A stretch of DNA of 64,000 bases from Promethearchaeota archaeon. Its GTDB lineage: Archaea > Asgardarchaeota > Lokiarchaeia > Sigyniarchaeales > SOKP01. Shown here one piece after another: positions 18,933 to 29,758 of this stretch. The number at the start of each line of letters is the position of its first letter. The first letter of the stretch is position 1. The DNA lies in contig JAEOSU010000027.1 in the NCBI GenBank assembly GCA_016840165.1, positions 39,549-103,548 on the forward strand, read 5' to 3'. The position numbers were made by a program, and so were the translations under genes. The notes beneath the pieces are model-generated. The model saw nothing but the letters and a program-made list of their open reading frames with translations. It was not told the DNA's origin and made no database searches.

Positions 18933-20420
18933 TTAGTTTTCTTTGAATAGTTTTATTTGTATAAATATATCGAGAGTCCTTGGACCGAAAGTGGCTAATA
19001 TGTAAAAATTTTCCCTTGAGCCGAGTTCTAATTTTCGATTTCTGATAGGAATTACTATCTGCTTAGATCCGTAAGTGCTAGCGATTCTATGATCAGGGTG
19101 ATTAAAATCAGGGCGATTTTCTTTTGCGAAAACAGTATGCATATAATCAGAGCTATCTTTTGTACTTAATTCTGCAAAGTAATAATGTAAATCAAGATAG
19201 TTACCTATTTCATGCTCATTTATGATTAGTGTAGTTGTTGTATGGTAGGAACGTAAAAGTATTTCCCCATCGTTTAATTCTGGATATTTTTTTATGGTTT
19301 TATCAAAGATATTTTTAATGATATCAGTCAAAAAGAGTAACTGAGTAATACTATAACTTCTTAATTTTATTATGTGAGTAGATATGATTTGATTTTTATA
19401 GAATTTGTCAGAACTTTCTTTTATATTTAGAAAGGTATTAGAGGTTAGCTTATAAATAGGTTTGAATATGGTAGCATTCAATCGGTTTATATTTCGAAAT
19501 GTCCAAGTTCTTAATAAGTTTTTTTGAGTAAATTTTAATTGATCCGTTGCTTCTATAAAACCTCTTACCATTTGAGAGATCTCTAATGTTGGAGTAGCAC
19601 TCCCAATTGAAATTCTATGCCAGAAATTTTGAATAAAACCTTGTATTTTAAATATTTTAATAAATGTTTCAGTTGGAGTCATTCCTCCAATATATCTTGG
19701 GTCAATTTCTATCCAAAAATTAGTATTTTTTTTTAATCGGTCCACAATACTTTCCATTTGTCCATAACTGAGACCGCTAAGTATAATGTTATTCCTAGAA
19801 TAACTTGATATAAAACTCTCGATTTTTTCTAGTGTTACAAATTCAGAATAATTATCAGGAATGCTTAAATTACACATTTCTAATTTAATAAAAAGAGCCT
19901 TTTTACGACAATATTTCATCATATTGACTAATTGCTGATTATTCGGATTATTTAAATCTAATTTAGTAAGGGAAGGATATATTGCAACTCCACAAACTGG
20001 GATTTGTTCTTGAATTTTCCCAATTTTATTTATAATATTTTGTTCTTTTGATTTTTCAGAAAGATCGAATGAAAGAATACCTTTAAAAATAGTTGGTTCT
20101 CTTTTTACCACTTCAACAACGTCCGAATTCGAGATTCCGTATGATTTTCCAGTATCCATAGCCTGGATAAGCCCTAAATGGATATCAGAACAATTTAACT
20201 CTATTTTTTCATCTTCAATACTTATCTTTCTAGTATAAAATAGAAAATTTCCCGAATCATCTTTTAATTTTAAAAGATTTTTAAGAGGAAGGGAATTTTC
20301 TATATCAGAAAAAATAGGCCATATTAAACTATCGATTTTACTATAGGAAAATGCATTACCATATTTATCTCCAAAAATGCATGTAAAATCAGGTTGATAT
20401 AATCTTTCCATGATAATCAA
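18933..20420 (-). CDS. Degenerate amidohydrolase-like domain fused to YjbQ/UPF0047 domain
   Basis: C-terminal HTTTTLIINEHE...NHPDH...IPIRNRKLELG...GPR matches YjbQ; the N-terminal TIM-barrel-like part (GVAIYP, ISIGS) resembles amidohydrolase_2 without metal ligands. Confidence 0.65.
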   Translation of the reverse strand: MIIMERLYQPDFTCIFGDKYGNAFSYSKIDSLIWPIFSDIENSLPLKNLLKLKDDSGNFLFYTRKISIEDEKIELNCSDIHLGLIQAMDTGKSYGISNSDVVEVVKREPTIFKGILSFDLSEKSKEQNIINKIGKIQEQIPVCGVAIYPSLTKLDLNNPNNQQLVNMMKYCRKKALFIKLEMCNLSIPDNYSEFVTLEKIESFISSYSRNNIILSGLSYGQMESIVDRLKKNTNFWIEIDPRYIGGMTPTETFIKIFKIQGFIQNFWHRISIGSATPTLEISQMVRGFIEATDQLKFTQKNLLRTWTFRNINRLNATIFKPIYKLTSNTFLNIKESSDKFYKNQIISTHIIKLRSYSITQLLFLTDIIKNIFDKTIKKYPELNDGEILLRSYHTTTTLIINEHEIGNYLDLHYYFAELSTKDSSDYMHTVFAKENRPDFNHPDHRIASTYGSKQIVIPIRNRKLELGSRENFYILATFGPRTLDIFIQIKLFKEN

Positions 20421-20523
20421 TCCATTGAAATTTAATAAAATTTAGATATATTAATTTAATTACGATAATAAAATAATAATTATAAATTTACTTTCAACTA
20501 AATCTCCACCGAATTTTGGTATC

Positions 20524-22509
20524 ATGCTTAATCTCGAACAAGGAATATTCCCTATCATAATAAAACCAAACTTGGGTCAACCAATATTAATCAATTTAAG
20601 AGAATATCGTGATATGGATGGTCTTCTTATTAGTAACATAACGTTTGATGCGATTATAATTACATTGCCAGATTATCCAACCCAAAAAATATTAGAATCA
20701 TTTTATTCAAACCTTTTTATCCAGGTAATTTTAAAGGATGAGGGAGAGTTTTCAGAAAGAAGAGGAGAGAAAATAGGATTACAACCAATTGAAATTGAAA
20801 AGTTAGAGGAGTTTGATTTTAATAAGGTAAAACTTTTAGAAGAAGAAAATGGTATAGTCTGGGATATTTATAATTCTTTACTCGAGGTAGAAGAAGTCTT
20901 TGGAAAACGGAAAGAGTTGCATAAGATCACCTTCAAAATTGAAAATGTTAATATTATTGAACATTTAATGAAATCTTTAAAGAGAGATTTTTTATTATTT
21001 GATCTCGTTCATGACATCCCAAATATGATGGAATCCAAAATAAATTATCATAGTATTGCTATTTATGATAAATTATGGAATAATTTTAATTTCATCCATT
21101 CCACCGATTTTCATATTGCTCGTAGAAATGATTTTATAATTAATTTTATGAAAAATAAAGTAAAAATCAAAGTAAAGAATCGTGCTAAGCATCCAAAAAA
21201 GTCGAAGAAAGTTGATGATTTCATCCTTAATCGAAAGTTTGAATATAAAATAGGATTTCAAGAAGATAAGTTGGATGAAATAAAAAAGGGAAAACTAAAT
21301 TTTAACTACAGTCTTAGAAAATTAATTGATTTTATAAATCAGCGAGTTTCTAATAATGAATTAGATTTTGTTCTGATGACAGGAGATTTAATTGACTATC
21401 TTAATATAGCACGCGGAAATTATCAATATAAAAATAATATTGAAGTATTTCTGGATATTTTACTCGGAAGAAATAGAGGATTAGATAAACCTCCTTACTT
21501 AGGAAAAGACGAAGAATTCATTAACAAAAAAGAGATTTTAGCACCAATATTTACTACCGCCGGAAACCATGACTATAGAAGCAATCATTATGGAATGAGA
21601 TTTGGACAAATTCATAATATTTTCGGGATGACTCATTCAGATATAAAGGGATATTATGATATTAAGTTTTTTAACTATTTCACAGCATTACGCTCTCGGC
21701 TTAAATATTTGAAAGACTATTTCAGATATATTAATCCAAATCTTAATTATCAATTGAATATCGGTAATTCATATAGTTTTATCTTTCTCGATACAGGAGA
21801 GGATTCCATAGCAGATTTACATGATCTTCTAAAAGGGGGACCTAGCACTAAGGGAATTAAAGATTATCAAATAGATCTGCTTCGAGCCTATATTAAACTA
21901 AGCTATGATAAAAAAATTGTTATTATTATGCATACTCCTCCCATAGCCCCAAACTTAACATATAAGAAAAGAAAGAAATTTGCTAAGCAATTTGGAGTGA
22001 AAAATAAAGATTTAAAATGGGATCATTTCTATGAAGAAAATCTAAGAAAATTTAATGAAACAGGAAGGTTGGATCAGATTTTAAATATGAAATACCAAAC
22101 CATTATGTACAATTGGAGCACAATTCTCAAAATCTTTACGGGTTCTGACAAGGAGATTAGAAGGAAAGTAGATATTGTTGCCTGTGGACATACTCATACA
22201 TTAAGAGAATATCGGCTTAAAGAAGCAAAAGAGACGGAGATAATTAACTTTGGTTTCTGGCTATTCCCTATCTATATCAAAATTCCCTGTGAAATGTACA
22301 CATCAAATTATAGTGAAAAATTTAGTGAATTTACTGAAGATGAATTTAAGATCTGGTTTGATGTTAATAAACCATTCATATTCCAAACACAAGCAACCGG
22401 TCCAATCTCGGCTAAAAGTAAATTTAAACCTCCTGGTTTTCGTTTCTTCAAAGTTAAAGATAATCAAGTCGTATCTGCAGATATATATTCAATCCATTTA
22501 AAGTACTAG
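20524..22509 (+). CDS. Calcineurin-like metallophosphoesterase with large N-terminal domain
   Basis: TDFH, TGDLID, GNHD, MHTP, CGHTH. Confidence 0.88.
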   Translation: MLNLEQGIFPIIIKPNLGQPILINLREYRDMDGLLISNITFDAIIITLPDYPTQKILESFYSNLFIQVILKDEGEFSERRGEKIGLQPIEIEKLEEFDFNKVKLLEEENGIVWDIYNSLLEVEEVFGKRKELHKITFKIENVNIIEHLMKSLKRDFLLFDLVHDIPNMMESKINYHSIAIYDKLWNNFNFIHSTDFHIARRNDFIINFMKNKVKIKVKNRAKHPKKSKKVDDFILNRKFEYKIGFQEDKLDEIKKGKLNFNYSLRKLIDFINQRVSNNELDFVLMTGDLIDYLNIARGNYQYKNNIEVFLDILLGRNRGLDKPPYLGKDEEFINKKEILAPIFTTAGNHDYRSNHYGMRFGQIHNIFGMTHSDIKGYYDIKFFNYFTALRSRLKYLKDYFRYINPNLNYQLNIGNSYSFIFLDTGEDSIADLHDLLKGGPSTKGIKDYQIDLLRAYIKLSYDKKIVIIMHTPPIAPNLTYKKRKKFAKQFGVKNKDLKWDHFYEENLRKFNETGRLDQILNMKYQTIMYNWSTILKIFTGSDKEIRRKVDIVACGHTHTLREYRLKEAKETEIINFGFWLFPIYIKIPCEMYTSNYSEKFSEFTEDEFKIWFDVNKPFIFQTQATGPISAKSKFKPPGFRFFKVKDNQVVSADIYSIHLKY

Positions 22510-22525
22510 CACTATTTCTTATTAT

Positions 22526-23485
22526 TTATGACTTTTTCATAAATTCTAAAACTTGTTCGTAGGATGTATCGGGCATTGGACCAAAATGGGTCACTTTTAG
22601 CGCACCTACAGCATTTGAAAAGCGAGCAACATCCAATAGATCGTTTCCAGCTAAATAAGCAACGATAAATGCGCCCCCAAAGCAGTCTCCTGCACCGGTT
22701 GGATCGATCTCTTCCACAGTATAACTCGATACATGGATAGGATCGCTTTTTTCTTTCGTATAAATAGTACAACCATTTTTTCCTTCTTTAAGAATAATAA
22801 GTGGAATATTTCTTTTTAAGAAATATTGGCAAGCCTCTTCAGGACTTTGTTTTTGGGCTAACATCATAGCTTCTTCTACACTAGGCAATAAGATATCTGT
22901 ATGTTTTAGGACAGGGTCGCAAATTTTTAAAATTTCCCTAATATTTAGCATTTCTGGACGCAAATTGGGATCAAAAGAGATAATAACTTTTGGATTCACT
23001 TCTCTCGCTATTTTTATTGCCTCATAACATGCATCACGGGAGCTAGAACTAATTGCTAGGCTACTGCCCATTATATGAAGTACTTTTACTTTAGAAAAAT
23101 ATAGTTGCTTTAGATCATCAACTGAAAGATCTCCAGCAGCTCCAGGCGCAAATATGAATTTTCGAGAACCATTAGAATTATATTGATTAAATGCAATTCC
23201 TGTTGTTTTCTGTTTATCAATTCGGATTTGAGAGATATCAACTCCATCTAATTTAAGTTTATTTAAAATACTTTCTCCAAATTCATCATTTCCTACAACA
23301 CCAATGCACCCCGTAGAAAATTTAAAAGGTTTTGACATTCGTGCAGCTGAATCTATAAAGATAGCTGGGGCTCCACTTGGATATGGTCCTCGATAGAATT
23401 CACCCACTACACCATGGGGAGTATCTACATCTCCACGCATAATTTCAACTAATAATTCTCCAAATGAAATAATATCTGGTGGCAT
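22526..23485 (-). CDS. PfkB family sugar kinase
   Basis: SGAPAI, VGNDEFG, FDPNLR, DPTGAGDCF. Confidence 0.95.
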   Translation of the reverse strand: MPPDIISFGELLVEIMRGDVDTPHGVVGEFYRGPYPSGAPAIFIDSAARMSKPFKFSTGCIGVVGNDEFGESILNKLKLDGVDISQIRIDKQKTTGIAFNQYNSNGSRKFIFAPGAAGDLSVDDLKQLYFSKVKVLHIMGSSLAISSSSRDACYEAIKIAREVNPKVIISFDPNLRPEMLNIREILKICDPVLKHTDILLPSVEEAMMLAQKQSPEEACQYFLKRNIPLIILKEGKNGCTIYTKEKSDPIHVSSYTVEEIDPTGAGDCFGGAFIVAYLAGNDLLDVARFSNAVGALKVTHFGPMPDTSYEQVLEFMKKS

Positions 23486-23635
23486 AATAAGTATAAGTGA
23501 ATTATAACTTTAATTTCTTCTAAACCAATATAAAAAGTCATTTTGATTCATCTTCTTTTATATTAAAACAAAATAGCTTTAAATTCTCCAAAATTCAATA
23601 TTATATTAAAAATTTATATTTTAAGGGTTTTAAAA

Positions 23636-24670
23636 GTGGTATTAAAGACAAAATTAACATCATTGTTTGGTATTCAACACCCTATAGTCGCAGCACCAAT
23701 GGGACCTTTTTATACTACTAAATTATGTGTAGCAATCTCAGAGGCAGGCGGCTTAGGTGTTTTAAGCCATACTAATCTATTTGGCAAAAGTAGTCTTCAG
23801 GAAATGAAAAAAAATATGGAATATGTAGTGGAACATACAGATAAACCATTTGGTTTTAATATTCGAACCTCAAGACTCCAAATTGACGCACCTACTCTGT
23901 GTAGAGCAATTCCGAAATTTATCAGCAAAAATCCTAAATTAAGAGAGCAATGTTTATATGCAGTTACAAGTGCTGGTACTCCCAAGATGTTTCAGAACAA
24001 TTCATTAAAACGATTAAGAGAAACAGGATCACAAATAAAACACTTTCATGTGGCTCCAGCACTTTGGCTTTCAGATAAGTGTGTGAGTGCAGGAGTTGAT
24101 GGGATAGTGGTAACGGGTTGGGAAGGAGGCGGTCATCAATCTTATGAAAAAATAAGTACTTTGGTACTACTTCAACAGATTAAGCAGAAGCATCCTGACA
24201 TTCCATTAATCGCTTGTGGTGGTTTTTCTACAGGAGAAGGTTTAGCTTCGGCTTTGTCGATTGGAGCGGATGGAATTGCTATGGGATCACGATTTATTGC
24301 ATCAAAAGAAAGTGAATTTCATGAAAAATATAAAAATATTGTTCCGAGTGCTAAAGCAAGCGATACAATATACGTGACGGGAGTTTTAGGACCAATTAGA
24401 TTGTGGAAAAACAATTATTCATTGCATCATGGGGTTATATCAAGTAAAGAAGAAAAACTTGCTGAAGAGAGTGAATTAACCCCTGAAAAAGCATTGGATG
24501 ATCAGAAACACTATGAAATGACTTATGATGGAGACATTGAAGATGGAGCTGTATTACTGGGACAAAGTATAGGCTCTATTGACTCGATTGATAGTTGTAA
24601 AGATATCATCGAGAAAATTGTAAAAGATGCTGAAAATCGTTTACGTGAATCACATGCTCATATTCAATGA
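23636..24670 (+). CDS. Nitronate monooxygenase / FabK-like FMN oxidoreductase
   Basis: PIVAAPMG, EAGGLG, EGGGH, IACGG, GIAMGSRF, GQSIG. Confidence 0.92.
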   Translation: MVLKTKLTSLFGIQHPIVAAPMGPFYTTKLCVAISEAGGLGVLSHTNLFGKSSLQEMKKNMEYVVEHTDKPFGFNIRTSRLQIDAPTLCRAIPKFISKNPKLREQCLYAVTSAGTPKMFQNNSLKRLRETGSQIKHFHVAPALWLSDKCVSAGVDGIVVTGWEGGGHQSYEKISTLVLLQQIKQKHPDIPLIACGGFSTGEGLASALSIGADGIAMGSRFIASKESEFHEKYKNIVPSAKASDTIYVTGVLGPIRLWKNNYSLHHGVISSKEEKLAEESELTPEKALDDQKHYEMTYDGDIEDGAVLLGQSIGSIDSIDSCKDIIEKIVKDAENRLRESHAHIQ

Positions 24671-24735
24671 GAAAGTATAAAAATTTAATATTTTTCATTT
24701 TTAATTATATAATATACATTTCTTTGAAATCTGTG

Positions 24736-24975
24736 ATGAAGGCTAAAAAAAAAGTAAGTTTGATTAGTGAAATTTTAGATCGGTATGATGAGGGTGTATG
24801 TTTTTACTGTGGAAGTACATTAAATCGAGATTTTGAAGGAGATGATTATGATGAAGGCTATTCTCCTGATTGGTGTCCAAATTGCTGTAAAAATATTGAT
24901 CCTTATGATGATTGGGACCAGGCTTGTCTTGACGCAATTAATAAAGTAATTCATGATGAACCCTTTGAAGCATAA
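24736..24975 (+). CDS. Small acidic zinc-binding protein
   Basis: CFYC...CPNC; real start probably GTG 24733 or ATG 24736, not 24667. Confidence 0.72.
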   Translation: MKAKKKVSLISEILDRYDEGVCFYCGSTLNRDFEGDDYDEGYSPDWCPNCCKNIDPYDDWDQACLDAINKVIHDEPFEA

Positions 24976-25013
24976 TGTTAGAATTTTTTGAATTTATAAA
25001 TTAAGGTAATGAT

Positions 25014-25496
25014 ATGACTGAGAATAGAACCCAAATAACTCCATATGAGTATATGGAATATTTTATGCCCGATACCGCCAATTTAGTGTCCATGGGTGCG
25101 GATGGGAAAGTAAATGTTATGGCTTTATTATGGAAAACAATTGGACAACTGTGGATGATCCCCACAATAACTGTTGCAGTATCCCCCTCTCGCTATACAT
25201 TTGAATTGTTAACTAAAGGCGTTCCAGAATTTACGTTGAATATTCCCTCTCCTAAAATTGTAGATTCAGTAAATGTTACTGGATCATTATCTGGCCGTAA
25301 CTTAGATAAAGTTAAGAAGGCAGGTATAGAACTAATAGATGGTGTCAAAACTAAAGTTCCTACCATAAAGGGAAGTTTGTTAAGTTATGAATGTAAAATC
25401 ATCCATACATGTCAATCAGGAAAAATGGCAAGCCATCATCTATTTTTCGGACAAATTTTAGCTGCATTTGCCTCCAATGATCTCATTGAGAAATAA
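25014..25496 (+). CDS. Flavin reductase-like family protein
   Basis: NVM, VAVSPSRYT, EFTLN, GSLSGR, SYEC, HHLFFG. Confidence 0.9.
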   Translation: MTENRTQITPYEYMEYFMPDTANLVSMGADGKVNVMALLWKTIGQLWMIPTITVAVSPSRYTFELLTKGVPEFTLNIPSPKIVDSVNVTGSLSGRNLDKVKKAGIELIDGVKTKVPTIKGSLLSYECKIIHTCQSGKMASHHLFFGQILAAFASNDLIEK

Positions 25497-25562
25497 AATT
25501 GAAGATTAATTTCTTAATAATTTTAGAAATTAATTTTTATGGAACATAAACGAGGTAATTGA

Positions 25563-26996
25563 ATTATTAAACCACCCCTTCCTTTCATTTGTACAAGATG
25601 TCATAAAGAATATGACTTAGACAAGATAATATATCAATGTCCTGAATGCAATGGGCTTTTATGGATAAAAACAGAGGTTAATAAGTATAAAACGCATTTT
25701 TCTAATATTAAATCCATATCTAAATTTTGGGATTTATATTTTACTCTACCAAATATCAAAATGGAATATAGAACTAGTATGGATGAAGGAGGTACGCCTT
25801 GTAGTGATTCGGAAAAGATTGGAAAAATAATTGGTTTAAAAGAATTGAGCTTTAAAAATGAAATAAAAAATCCAACCAATTCATTTAAAGACCGAGTAGG
25901 AGCGTTATTAATCTCACATGCTAGAAGCTGGCTTTATAATAAGACCATTTGTGCATCCAATGGAAACCAAGGAGCCTCAATCGCTGCTTATTGCTCATTG
26001 GAAGGAATAAAATGCGTTAACCTTATTCCAAATAAGCTTGATATGGGAAAGAGAGCCCAAATGATTGCATATAATTCTGAAATTATTATCAAGGGTGAAT
26101 TTGTTGATGAAACAATTAAATATGCATTGGATGATAAATATAAAGATTATTATCAGGCTACCCCAATCTATAATCCTCTTACAATTGAAGCTCAGAAAAC
26201 AATAGCTTTTGAAATTTGGAAACAGAGAGGAGTACCCGATTGGATAATTATACCCATGGGAAGTGGTGAACTGTTAGTAAGTTTATGGAAAGGTTTTTTA
26301 GAATTAAAACAGGCAGAAATAATTCATACTGTTCCAAAGCTAGTTGGGGTTCAATCTGCGTTATCTTCACCGATTGTAGATGAATTTATGAATAAAAAGA
26401 AATCTGATATATTAACTACAGATATTCGGAATTCTCATGCATTAGGTATATTAGTGCAGGAACCGATGTATAAAGACTTAGCAATTAAGTTTATAAAAGA
26501 AAGTACCGGAACTGTTATAGCCATTCCTGAGGAGTTAATCGTCTCATCAGTAGATGAATTGGTAAGAAGTGAAGGGATTTTCGCTGAACCATCTTCAGCA
26601 TTAACTTTAGCTGCGGTCCATGAATTAAATGAGCAAAAAGTTTTTGATTCAAACGATTGTATAGTATGCCTAATAACAGGAAGTGGTTTAAAAGCACCCT
26701 ATATTTTAGAAGCAATTTCTTCTCAAACCACTACCTCAGGAAAAGGTTCCATAATAATAACCAAGTTAAAAATATTATCTCAAATATCTCTATCTAGTAT
26801 AAGGGGTATAAGTGGGACAAAGATTAGAGATATTATTAGTTCTATAAGTTTAGCAGCTGTGTATCAGCATTTGTATGATTTAGAAAGTAAAGGTTTAATT
26901 TATCGCAAGAAAGAAGGAAAAATTGTGCTATACTTCATATCAGACACGGGTAAAAGAGTTCTAGACGCATTAGATATACTCCTTACCCTAATCTAA
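25563..26996 (+). CDS. thrC: Threonine synthase with N-terminal Zn ribbon and C-terminal winged-helix domain; non-AUG (ATT) start
   Basis: NPTNSFKDR PLP lysine, ASNGNQG, PMGSG, EPSSA, TGSGLK; the in-frame upstream extension encodes CTRC...CPECNG and is bounded by TGA at 25560. Confidence 0.88.
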   Translation: MIKPPLPFICTRCHKEYDLDKIIYQCPECNGLLWIKTEVNKYKTHFSNIKSISKFWDLYFTLPNIKMEYRTSMDEGGTPCSDSEKIGKIIGLKELSFKNEIKNPTNSFKDRVGALLISHARSWLYNKTICASNGNQGASIAAYCSLEGIKCVNLIPNKLDMGKRAQMIAYNSEIIIKGEFVDETIKYALDDKYKDYYQATPIYNPLTIEAQKTIAFEIWKQRGVPDWIIIPMGSGELLVSLWKGFLELKQAEIIHTVPKLVGVQSALSSPIVDEFMNKKKSDILTTDIRNSHALGILVQEPMYKDLAIKFIKESTGTVIAIPEELIVSSVDELVRSEGIFAEPSSALTLAAVHELNEQKVFDSNDCIVCLITGSGLKAPYILEAISSQTTTSGKGSIIITKLKILSQISLSSIRGISGTKIRDIISSISLAAVYQHLYDLESKGLIYRKKEGKIVLYFISDTGKRVLDALDILLTLI

Positions 26997-27019
26997 CCGA
27001 AATGACAGTTATCACATAA

Positions 27020-27616
27020 TTATTGAAAGATAAATATCTTATTAAATGCTTGAGGGAGATTGGTTATAATATTTTTGCGAAATGTGAGGTTAAAGATGAT
27101 AGTTGCTAATGCTGCTAATCCAAATTGGATGGCACCGTTAAATATAGATTCAAATAAAGCTCCTGCAAGTCCATAAAGAAGTAACTCAACAAAAAAATAT
27201 CCAAAAACCATAATTGAGCCCCCAACCAATATTGCAAGAATATCTCTATAATTCAATTTATGATAATTTTTGCGTGGATTGGCAATTAACCCAATAAAAA
27301 ATCCTTCCAAGCCCTTAATAATCAATGTAGGTATAGCATAAACAGGTGCTAAAAATAAATCAGTGAATGCGGATCCAATACCACCTGCTAGTCCTCCTAC
27401 AATTGGGCCAAATAAACTCCCAGTTATCATGACGCCTATATCTCCAAGATTTATATAGCCATTAGTTGCAGGAATAGTGATTGGTACTATAAAAGTAAGT
27501 ACAGAGGTTAACGCCGCAAAAATTGCGATTATTGATAGTACTATTGAATTTGTAGGCCTAAAATATCCTTCAAACGTCTTGAATTCCATAGTATTTTCTA
27601 TTTCAGACATATTCAT
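27020..27616 (-). CDS. ECF transporter S component
   Basis: AIFAAL, IPATNGYINLGD, GGIGSAFTDL, TLIIKG. Confidence 0.92.
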   Translation of the reverse strand: MNMSEIENTMEFKTFEGYFRPTNSIVLSIIAIFAALTSVLTFIVPITIPATNGYINLGDIGVMITGSLFGPIVGGLAGGIGSAFTDLFLAPVYAIPTLIIKGLEGFFIGLIANPRKNYHKLNYRDILAILVGGSIMVFGYFFVELLLYGLAGALFESIFNGAIQFGLAALATIIFNLTFRKNIITNLPQAFNKIFIFQ

Positions 27617-28170
27617 TCAATTTATTTATTTCTAGGATTCAACTTATATAAATTTCAACTTATGTAATTTTGCATTCCTTTATAAATCTTTCCACCCGCT
27701 TTGTTCATCTTAAAGAAGGGTATTATTACTAATTACTTTAAATCTATAAATCAATTATAAAATTAGGTTAGGTTAAATACAAGTTAAATTATTCCGCAAA
27801 TAAAGAGATTAATATCTATAATTTTAATTTTTGTGATTATTAATTATCTAATCATTTTATTAATAGATTTTTTCATTCTATATAGGATGATACAAACGAT
27901 ACTTTACAATCTTATCGGATTATCTCTTTTTTTCATCATATTTCCTTCGAAAATATTTATCCTAACATTTTCTTATTTAATCTACGCATTATTAGCAGAA
28001 GTTTCTCTCATTTGCTTAGTTATTTTTGTAAAAACCACTTTCCCCCAATGATAAGTAAATAAAAATTATCATAAGATAAATATATAAATTCAATTAATTT
28101 CATTATATTTACGATAAGGCTACTTAATAAAATAAATCATTCTCAGCTTCTACTCTTGGGTTGATTCATA

Positions 28171-29703
28171 ATGGTAAAGGATATCCAAAATAACAATTCA
28201 CTCTCAATAGAAAAAGATATTTATAAGGTTTTAATGGAAGATTTCCCAGACGTCGTATTATTACTTGATGAAAATGGGATTATTGAGAATGTTTCCAAAA
28301 ATTCCACATCTTATTTTGATATAGATAGCGAGATCGAACTTATTGGAAAAAATATCAGCGAACTCACAACCTCCGAATATAAAAAATATATTAATAAAGA
28401 TTTAGCCCAATTAAAGATTTCTAAAAATATTAAAATGGCAGAATATGAATTTTGTAGTAAAAAAGGAGCTAAATTTATTGGAGAGTTAAGTTTAAGTGCT
28501 TTTTATAATAATAAATCTGGTAAAAAATATTTCATCGGTATTATTAGGGATATAACTGATCAGAAGATTATTGAAATCGAATTAAGAGAAAATAAACAGA
28601 TGCTTCAATTAGTTATGGATAACATACCAGAATTGATCTCATGGAAAGATATTAACTCTACATATTTAGGTTGTAACAAAAATTTTGCACGAGTCGCTGG
28701 ATTGAGAGACCCTAAGGAAATAATTGGAAAAACCGATTATGAACTTCCTTGGAAAGTTAGTGAAGCAGAATCATTTTTTGAAATAGATCAATTTGTTATG
28801 GATACGGATAAACCAGAGTATAAAATTATCCAACCTCAGCTTCAAGCTGATGGAAAGCAGGCATGGTTAGACACAAATAAAATTCCGTTACATAATTCTA
28901 AAAATGAAGTAGTTGGTATTCTATGCACTTATAATGATATTACTGAGCAAGTGAATTCCGAGGTTGCGTTAAAGAATTCAGAAAGGAAATATAGAGAAGC
29001 ATATAATCGAGCAGAATTTTATAAAGATGTCTTTGCACATGATGTGAGTAACATATTACAAGGTATCTTATCTTCTGTCGAATTATGTCGGTTAAATTCA
29101 GCTAATTCCAAAAATTTAAGCGATATAGACACTTTGTTGGGTATTATAGAGGATCAAGTTAATCGTGGAGCCAATCTAGTCTCAAATATAAGGAAAATCT
29201 CGTCTATTGATTATATTAATAGAAATTTAGAAAAAATAGAATTATGTGAAATATTAAAAACAGCAATTGAAACTATTAAAAAGAATTTTCCAAAAAGAAA
29301 AATTAATATTTCGTTTAAGAGCAATTATGACAAATTATATGCTCAAGCCAATCATTTAATCATTGATGTTTTCAATAATATTCTTTATAATGCCGTCAAG
29401 CATAACTCCAGACCTGTTGTAGAAATAGAAATAGAGATATTGAAGGAATTACTCCAAGAAGAAACAGAAATTAAATTACAATTTAAGGATAATGGACTTG
29501 GCATCCACGATTCTCAAAAATTAAGTATTTTTCAAGCAAGCTCAGTCGATTCCCAAAGCTTTAATAGGTTAGGATTAGGCCTATCCTTAGTGAAAAAATT
29601 AGTAGAGAACTATAATGGTAAAATTTGGGTAGAAGATAGAATTGAAGGTGATCCTACGCAAGGTAGTAATTTTGTTTTGACTTTTAAAGCATTTAAAGAA
29701 TAG
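28171..29703 (+). CDS. PAS-PAS sensor histidine kinase (cytoplasmic)
   Basis: Two PAS/PAC domains, H-box AHDVSN, N-box NAVKH, DNGLGI, GLGLSLV. Confidence 0.95.
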   Translation: MVKDIQNNNSLSIEKDIYKVLMEDFPDVVLLLDENGIIENVSKNSTSYFDIDSEIELIGKNISELTTSEYKKYINKDLAQLKISKNIKMAEYEFCSKKGAKFIGELSLSAFYNNKSGKKYFIGIIRDITDQKIIEIELRENKQMLQLVMDNIPELISWKDINSTYLGCNKNFARVAGLRDPKEIIGKTDYELPWKVSEAESFFEIDQFVMDTDKPEYKIIQPQLQADGKQAWLDTNKIPLHNSKNEVVGILCTYNDITEQVNSEVALKNSERKYREAYNRAEFYKDVFAHDVSNILQGILSSVELCRLNSANSKNLSDIDTLLGIIEDQVNRGANLVSNIRKISSIDYINRNLEKIELCEILKTAIETIKKNFPKRKINISFKSNYDKLYAQANHLIIDVFNNILYNAVKHNSRPVVEIEIEILKELLQEETEIKLQFKDNGLGIHDSQKLSIFQASSVDSQSFNRLGLGLSLVKKLVENYNGKIWVEDRIEGDPTQGSNFVLTFKAFKE

Positions 29704-29758
29704 TCTTGTTTACAATCCACTAAGCTTATTTGTTTCGATTAATTCTAACTTCATATTA

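Noticed and set aside
27617-28170. Riboswitch upstream of the ECF S component, and the 72-aa ORF 27833-28051
   Set aside because: Only a weak hairpin near 27695-27721 with no known aptamer consensus; the ORF is low-complexity AT-derived sequence
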